Part shown: in pieces, positions 1 through 4,567 of the stretch
Layout: each line of letters opens with the position of its first letter
How positions within the stretch are numbered: position 1 is the first letter of the stretch
Origin: Salpingoeca rosetta
Taxonomy: Eukaryota > Protista > Choanoflagellata
Reading direction: 5' to 3'
DNA length: 7,520 nucleotides
Assembly: GCA_033442325.1 (NCBI GenBank)
Contig: JAWQFM010000042.1
Location: 1 to 7,520 of the forward strand
The notes under the pieces: model-generated
Database searches by the model: none
What the model was told of the DNA's origin: nothing
Seen by the model: the letters and a program-made list of their open reading frames with translations, nothing else
Position numbers and translations under genes: made by a program

Positions 1-54
<54 letters not shown>
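1..54. repeat. (AC)27 microsatellite, truncated by the window edge
   Basis: Read directly from the sequence. Confidence 0.97.
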
Positions 55-55
<1 letters not shown>

Positions 56-59
56 ATAC
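1..59 (-). other. Intron 2 of DUF547 gene (5' part)
   Basis: Donor GTATGG immediately after the codons for CGAR, followed by (GT)n to the window edge. Confidence 0.85.
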
Positions 60-283
60 CCGTGCGCCGCAGACGAGGGCAAAGTGGATACGGTGGTCAA
101 AGCGTGTGGGCAGGAAGGCGACGCGAGGATCAGACGTTGGCCAGAACGTCCGCCGCTTGGAGGAGGGGTGCGCCCGGTTGCCTGCGGGCGAGGGAGGGTA
201 TCATGACGAGTTGAGTGCAGTCGCTCACATCAACACAAATGGATGCACACGACCAGACAGACAGACAGACAGACAGACACACC

Positions 284-344
<61 letters not shown>

Positions 345-896
345 ACACACCAACACAGATACAACCTTCCCACCACACACCCTACCCAACTGACATCGAA
401 GGATGCCGTGCTCCATGTCGTCGAGGGAGAAAAAGTGATCGCCGATGAGGTAGCCGTAGGTGCTCCAGAACTTTGGAACCGTGAGCACGCCGGAGAAGCG
501 GTCGCCGCCCAAGTGGATGATCGCGTGCACGGTGGCCATGTTGTACACGTTGATGAAGAGGGCCATGGTTTCGTCGTGCGAGAGCTGGCTCAGCTGCAGC
601 GACTGCAGTTGGAACGCAATCGCCTTCCAGTTGACAAACGCGTCGCTGTTCGCCACTGCAGTGTAGTCCACGCGGTTCCGGCCCTTCACGTGGTGTGCCA
701 GTACAGCGTCTGCGACCTGGCACACGCGCTGCACAAACTCGGAGCCCGTGCAGGACCGGCCGAGCTTGGGCACGTTGACGTCCATGGACGCGTCTGCGCC
801 GGCTGCGCGGGTGTGCGCCGCAGTGTTGAGCGGGACGTGCGATGCCCGAAATGGGCGGGACAGCCACCCCCATGCCTGCGACAGCAGCGCCATCAT
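60..896 (-). CDS. DUF547 domain-containing protein, 5' part (exon 1 896-395, exon 2 181-60; continues beyond the left edge)
   Basis: Exon 1 encodes VDYTAV, LSHDETMALFINVYNMATVHA and YLIGDHFFSLDDMEHGILR. Splicing 394-182 (GTCAGT..CCGCAG, phase 1) continues in frame as CNRAHPSSKRRTFWPTSDPRVAFLPTRFDHRIHFALVCGAR, followed by donor GTATGG at 59. These match the DUF547 motifs AFWINxYN, SLDDIEHxILR and DPRIHFALxC. First in-frame ATG is 896; the ORF track start at 938 is GTG, and an in-frame TAA lies at 1031-1029. Confidence 0.9.
182..394 (-). other. Intron 1 of DUF547 gene (213 nt, GT-AG)
   Basis: Donor GTCAGT at 394 and acceptor CCGCAG ending at 182. Removal restores the HGILR-CN motif. The intron contains an in-frame TGA (227-225) and (GT)n/(TCTG)n tracts. 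Confidence 0.88.
254..350. repeat. Compound microsatellite (CAGA)6 + (AC)27 with imperfect extension
   Basis: CAGA units 254-277 and perfect AC 285-338; intronic. Confidence 0.95.
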
Positions 897-1082
897 CCAC
901 GCGACCACCGACCCCACACTCAACCAAAGCCGCGCCACTTTCGGCTGTTTTGTCGATGTGCGGTATGGAAGGCGCTTTGGTTTGCTTTTGTTTGTGCTTG
1001 TGCGTCTTTGTGTTGATGTTGCCGAAATTTATGGCAAGGCACGGTAATTCTTCCCAACTTGCACCACACGACGACGACGACG
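897..1082. promoter_or_regulatory. Putative bidirectional promoter / 5' UTRs between DUF547 and TFB1M
   Basis: Only 186 nt separate the divergent ATGs (896 minus, 1083 plus). Positional inference; no specific element identified. Confidence 0.55.
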
Positions 1083-1197
1083 ATGAAGCTGCCACCTGTG
1101 CCTTCAGTTGCGCAGCTGCTAAGGTTGTATGGCGTGAGAGCGCTGAAGGACCTGAGCCAGAACTTCCTCCTCGACCCCTCCATCACAGGTTGTGCAG

Positions 1198-1228
<31 letters not shown>

Positions 1229-1295
1229 AACGTACGTGGTGTCATTGCCTTGTCCCAACTGTTCAGCCTTTCCACCCCCACATCTAACACACACA

Positions 1296-1347
<52 letters not shown>

Positions 1348-1855
1348 TAAGTTTGTGAGGCATGCTGGGAAGTTGAAGGACAAAGTGGTGATTGAGGTTG
1401 GTGGCGGGCCTGGAAGCCTCACTCGATCAATCCTCAAGGCACAACCAAGGAAGCTCTATGTCATCGAGAAGGACACGCGCATGCTGCCCATGCTCGACGT
1501 AAGAGGTCAATGTGAATGTGTCACTTTGTGGTTTCGCGTGCTTCCGCGTGCATCTCGTACACAATCACCACATGCTCGTGGAATGACCACCATGCACTTG
1601 CTGCTGTGGCATCTTTTTGTGCAGTTGGTGGCGGAAGCGTCAGGCGGTGTGGCAGAGATTATCCCTGGCGACGCACTGCACATTGACTACGAGCAGCTCA
1701 TCACCCAAGCAAACGTCGCCACTCAACGTGAGTGCGCCTTGTTTGGCATGCCTCTTTCTCCTTCCCCATTTCCTACCTCATTCCTTCTGCCACGCTCACC
1801 CACGATCACACGCTCACCCACACCCTCTTCCTCTCTCACCCACGCTCACCCACGA

Positions 1856-1925
<70 letters not shown>

Positions 1926-2552
1926 CCCCCCCCCTTTGCCACTGCAGCCACGGCAGCAGAGGGTGCGGATTCATCAGCAGCTGCGCCGGCGGAAACAGAC
2001 TTGCACATCATCGGCAACCTCCCCTTTGGCATCGCCACGCCCCTGATTCTCTCATACCTGCGGCAGCTGTCGAGGCGTGACAGCGCGTTTGCCAGGAGCC
2101 GCCCGACACTCACGCTGTGCTTCCAGCGCGAGGTGGGCGAGCGCATATGTGCACCGCCGCGCACGAAGCCGCGCAGCCGCATCTCCGTCATCTCCCAGCT
2201 GTACGCCGATGTGCGCCCTGCGTTTGTGATCCCGAGCACGGCGTTCGTTCCCGCGCCAAAGGTGGAGGCCATGGTGGTGTCGTTTCGCCCTCGCGAGCAG
2301 CTACCGGAGGGCCTGGAACAACTGACGTTTGACCAGATGGAGCGCGTGCTCCGGATTGGATACGGCTCCAGGCTGAAGCGGCTGCGCCACGTGTTTTCTA
2401 AGCACGTGGGCGGCTTGCAGGCGGCAGATGACATGCTGGCGTCGGCCGGGTTCCCCGCGGAAACACGCGCGTTCTTCCTGTCCACACGCCAGTGGATTGA
2501 CCTCGCCACCGCCTTTTACCAGCACCAAAGCGCGGACGGTGGCGGAGGGTGA
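1083..2552 (+). CDS. TFB1M: Mitochondrial dimethyladenosine transferase 1 / mtTFB1 (KsgA/Dim1 family), 321 aa; exons 1083-1188, 1347-1498, 1625-1727, 1948-2552
   Basis: Spliced protein: MKLPPVPSVAQLLRLYGVRALKDLSQNFLLDPSITDKFVRHAG..VIEVGGGPGSLTRSIL..VIEKDTR..IIPGDAL..LHIIGNLPFGIATPLI..LTLCFQREVGERICA..RSRISVISQ..IPSTAFVPAPKVE. It has the QNFL, SAM-binding ExGxGxG, NLPF, QxEV and FVPxPKV motifs. LPPxP, LSQNFLLD and GNLPF are TFB1M-type rather than nuclear DIM1. Exon lengths 106+152+103+605 = 966 nt, all junctions GT-AG and phase-consistent. The exon 4 start is the least certain boundary. Confidence 0.93.
1202..1228. repeat. (GT)13 microsatellite
   Basis: Read directly; near the 5' end of intron 1. 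Confidence 0.95.
1287..1345. repeat. (AC)n microsatellite (perfect (AC)21 at 1303-1344)
   Basis: Read directly; abuts the acceptor AG. Confidence 0.95.
1499..1624 (+). other. TFB1M intron 2 (126 nt, phase 0)
   Basis: GTAAGA..TCTTTTTGTGCAG; removal gives MLPMLD-LVAEASGG, matching TFB1M spacing between EKD and the GD motif. Confidence 0.85.
1728..1947 (+). other. TFB1M intron 3 (220 nt, phase 1)
   Basis: Donor GTGAGT; C/T tract then ACTGCAG. Required to move from the exon 3 frame into the IIGNLPF frame. Confidence 0.82.
1790..1922. repeat. 22-nt direct repeat CCACGCTCACCCACGATCACAC (1790-1811, 1840-1861) followed by (CA)33
   Basis: Read directly within intron 3. Confidence 0.9.
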
Positions 2553-2573
2553 CGTCAGGGTATGTGTGTGTAG

Positions 2574-2671
<98 letters not shown>

Positions 2672-2686
2672 GTGTGTGTATGTGTG
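2574..2686. repeat. Compound (GA)n(GT)n microsatellite downstream of the TFB1M stop
   Basis: GA tract ~2574-2616, GT tract ~2616-2686. Confidence 0.95.
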
Positions 2687-2989
2687 TACATGTGAGGCTT
2701 GTACCTCTTTCTGACTTGAACGCTTTGAATTACCGTAGGCCAACTGTGATAAGAACTCGTAGAACTCGTAAACATCTTCCCCTTGCAAGAGCACTTGCTG
2801 AACTGCTATGTGACAAAGTACACGACAAGACGCATGTTGATTGAAGCCATTGCATGTAGCTCAGCGCGTGCCTTGAAAAGAAGGAATGGGTGCACGTTTG
2901 CATGACGTGGTCTAGTCTCAAGATCAGAGTAAAGCGAGGGAACATAGCCTACGATGCAAGCAACCCGGACCAGATTCTAGCAAAGCAGC

Positions 2990-2993
<4 letters not shown>

Positions 2994-3030
<37 letters not shown>

Positions 3031-3054
3031 CACACCACACAAACACACAACACA
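2994..3054. repeat. (CA)18 microsatellite with degenerate extension
   Basis: Perfect CA at 2994-3029; lies just 3' of the propeller gene stop, where it reads (TG)n on the sense strand. Confidence 0.93.
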
Positions 3055-3063
3055 CGTCCACGT

Positions 3064-4386
3064 TCAGCAGCTTGGATCGATGGCGAGCACAGTGTCCATG
3101 AAGCGCGGGATGCCGTAGATGAGGCCGTTTGGAGCGACCACGCCGTCAAACCATTTGAAAGACCCATCGAGCCCGCTAATTGTTGTTGTGTCGGAGGTGT
3201 TGGTGGCCGGGTCGAAGATGAAGGCGGACGGTGAGCTGAAGGGGATGCCGATGATGTTGCCGTTGGGAGCAAGCACGCCGCCACTCCATTTCGTGGACTG
3301 CGTTTGCTCGGCGATGTCAATCGTGTCTGCGTTGTTGGTGGCTGGGTCAATGACGAGCATGCTTGAGCTCTCCGCGGGGATGCTGTAGATGAGGCCGTTG
3401 CCCGCAAGCACCGCCCCGCGCCACTTGTACGGTACAGCGCCCAGGCCTTGGATCGTGGTCAGGTCCATGGTGAGGGAGGCGGGGTCGATGATGAGGACGG
3501 CAGCAGCCAGGGACGGCATGCAGTAAACGAGGCCGTTGGGAGCTTGCGCACCGCCATACCACTTGTCACTGTCCGTGGACAGGCCGGACAAGGTTGTGTT
3601 GTCGGCCGTGTTGGTTGCTGGATCGACGAGGAGCACGGATGTCGCATCGCGTGGAATGCCGAGGACGAGCCCGTCGCTTGTCACCAGGCCGCTGTACCAC
3701 TTGTAGCCGTTGGAATCAAGGGTATCGACGCTCGTGGTGTCGGTCGCGTTGGTGGCGGGGTCGACGATGAGCACGGCCGTTGCGGAGTATGGGAACATGT
3801 ACACGAGCCCGTTGTGTGCCAGGACGGCGCCAGCCCACTTGAGCTTTTGCAACCCAAGCCCCGCGATGGTGGTCGTGTCGACGGTGTTGGTGCTGGGGTC
3901 GATGATGAGAACCGCGTCTGCGTTGAACGGAGCGGCGTAGATCAGGCCGTTGTCGGCCAGCGCCGCACCCACCCACTTGTTGCCCGACGTGCCGACCTCT
4001 TCTTGCCCGAACGTGGTCGCACTTGCATGGCACACCCTGCCTCGGAGCGCAGCCACTTGGTACTGCTGTGCGTCAACCGTGCTCTGCTGCGCATCGAGGG
4101 TGCTCTGCTGCGCCTGCACCGCTTGCTTGTGCTCCCGCAGCGTGCTCTGCTGCGCCACCACTGCCTCAAACAGCGCGTCCACGCTCACGCCGTTCAGGAA
4201 CACGGGTTGCGTGTTCGGATCGCTCGTGTTGATGTGGAATACACCCGCATCATCCTCCGCCAACACCGCCTCCCCCAAGCAGCCATGCTGCAACTGCAAT
4301 TGCAACAACACCAAGGCAGCGACGCTGGCGGCGATCAGCACCACGCTCCTCGCCAAGAGCCGTGATGGAAGAGGAGCTGTCGTCAT
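3064..4386 (-). CDS. Secreted/surface protein, 440 aa: signal peptide, coiled coil, seven-bladed beta-propeller repeats; single exon; function unknown
   Basis: First ATG at 4386 (the track start 4455 is GTG). Hydrophobic N-terminus SVVLIAASVAALVLL. Heptad AQQSTLD repeats. Seven repeats of KWxG(A/G)VLAxNGL(I/V)YxxPxxAxxVLIIDPATNTxDTTTIxGL with the Lys codons at 3978, 3840, 3702, 3564, 3426, 3291 and 3156 (138/135-nt period). TGA at 3066-3064. The propeller fold is inferred from repeat length and strand pattern. Confidence 0.88.
   Translation of the reverse strand: MTTAPLPSRLLARSVVLIAASVAALVLLQLQLQHGCLGEAVLAEDDAGVFHINTSDPNTQPVFLNGVSVDALFEAVVAQQSTLREHKQAVQAQQSTLDAQQSTVDAQQYQVAALRGRVCHASATTFGQEEVGTSGNKWVGAALADNGLIYAAPFNADAVLIIDPSTNTVDTTTIAGLGLQKLKWAGAVLAHNGLVYMFPYSATAVLIVDPATNATDTTSVDTLDSNGYKWYSGLVTSDGLVLGIPRDATSVLLVDPATNTADNTTLSGLSTDSDKWYGGAQAPNGLVYCMPSLAAAVLIIDPASLTMDLTTIQGLGAVPYKWRGAVLAGNGLIYSIPAESSSMLVIDPATNNADTIDIAEQTQSTKWSGGVLAPNGNIIGIPFSSPSAFIFDPATNTSDTTTISGLDGSFKWFDGVVAPNGLIYGIPRFMDTVLAIDPSC
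3067..3978 (-). repeat. Seven coding tandem repeats of 45-46 aa (propeller blades; the last is truncated)
   Basis: Invariant KW, (N/D)G, P and DP at fixed spacing in all seven units. Confidence 0.9.
4079..4155 (-). repeat. 21-nt-period coding repeat (AQQST heptads, coiled coil)
   Basis: GTGCTCTGCTGCGC at 4079, 4100 and 4142 (spacing 21 and 42). Confidence 0.85.
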
Positions 4387-4567
4387 GAGGAGCGAGCAGG
4401 TGCGAACAATCAATCCACGTGCGAGTGCAGAAAAGTGGAACAAGATAAGCAACACTTTTCCTTAGTGTGATGTGAGTGATGTGAGTTGTGGTGATTGGAG
4501 TGAGTTGTGATTGCGGCCTTCCCTCTCAGTTCCCTTCCTTCCTTCCCCCTCTTGCTAACCTCCCTTC
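4387..4567. promoter_or_regulatory. Putative bidirectional promoter between the propeller gene and the LRR-like gene
   Basis: 181 nt between divergent ATGs; clustered GTGA-core direct repeats 4467-4513, ATTGG (reverse CCAAT) 4494-4498 and a pyrimidine tract 4517-4567. Confidence 0.5.

Larger units (their letters stand above)
1189..1346 (+). other. TFB1M intron 1 (158 nt)
   Basis: GTTGTG..ACACAG; joins G+AT to restore the conserved TDK. Branch-point-like CTAAC at 1284-1288. Confidence 0.9.

Noticed and set aside
106-1437. Many ORFs with HTHTHT or CVCVCV runs (also around 1732-2046, 2398-2844 and 6865-7347)
   Set aside because: Translations of stop-free (CA)n/(GT)n microsatellites, not His- or Cys-rich proteins.
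842-2080. 412-aa plus-strand ORF
   Set aside because: Chimera of intergenic DNA, wrong-frame exon 1, introns and TFB1M exons 2-3. The spliced model explains the conserved motifs.
1083-2552. Bacterial ksgA/erm resistance methylase or nuclear DIM1
   Set aside because: Spliceosomal introns and TFB1M-type motifs (LPPxP, LSQNFLLD, GNLPF, LTLxFQxEV) favour the mitochondrial enzyme.
2746-2801. Box C/D snoRNA-like GTGATAA...CTGA
   Set aside because: Imperfect box C, short span, no terminal stem and no rRNA complementarity I can recognise.
2692-2810. Minus-strand peptide VLLQGEDVYEFYEFLSQLAYG flanked by AG and GTAATT, with a 9-bp duplication AGAACTCGT x2 (2752-2769)
   Set aside because: No ATG start, no recognisable homology and no convincing partner exons. 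Likely UTR or intergenic; an orphan exon cannot be fully excluded without RNA data.
3040-3069. Cys-TGA ending as a possible Cys-Sec motif
   Set aside because: Read-through enters GT-repeat sequence, no SECIS-like element is apparent downstream, and the paralog diverges immediately after its TGA.
3067-3978. 138-nt periodicity as a CRISPR-like or non-coding array
   Set aside because: Conservation is at the amino-acid level within an ORF; there are no identical DNA repeats with unique spacers, and the context is eukaryotic.
3448-4365. 305-aa antisense ORF over the propeller gene (also 243-1016, 1856-2509, 5291-5824, 6332-6895)
   Set aside because: Shadow ORFs expected from GC-rich codon usage on the opposite strand; no recognisable motifs.
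4387-4455. ORF-track GTG starts at 4455 and 938
   Set aside because: In a eukaryotic context the first ATGs (4386, 896) are preferred and give sensible N-terminal targeting sequences.
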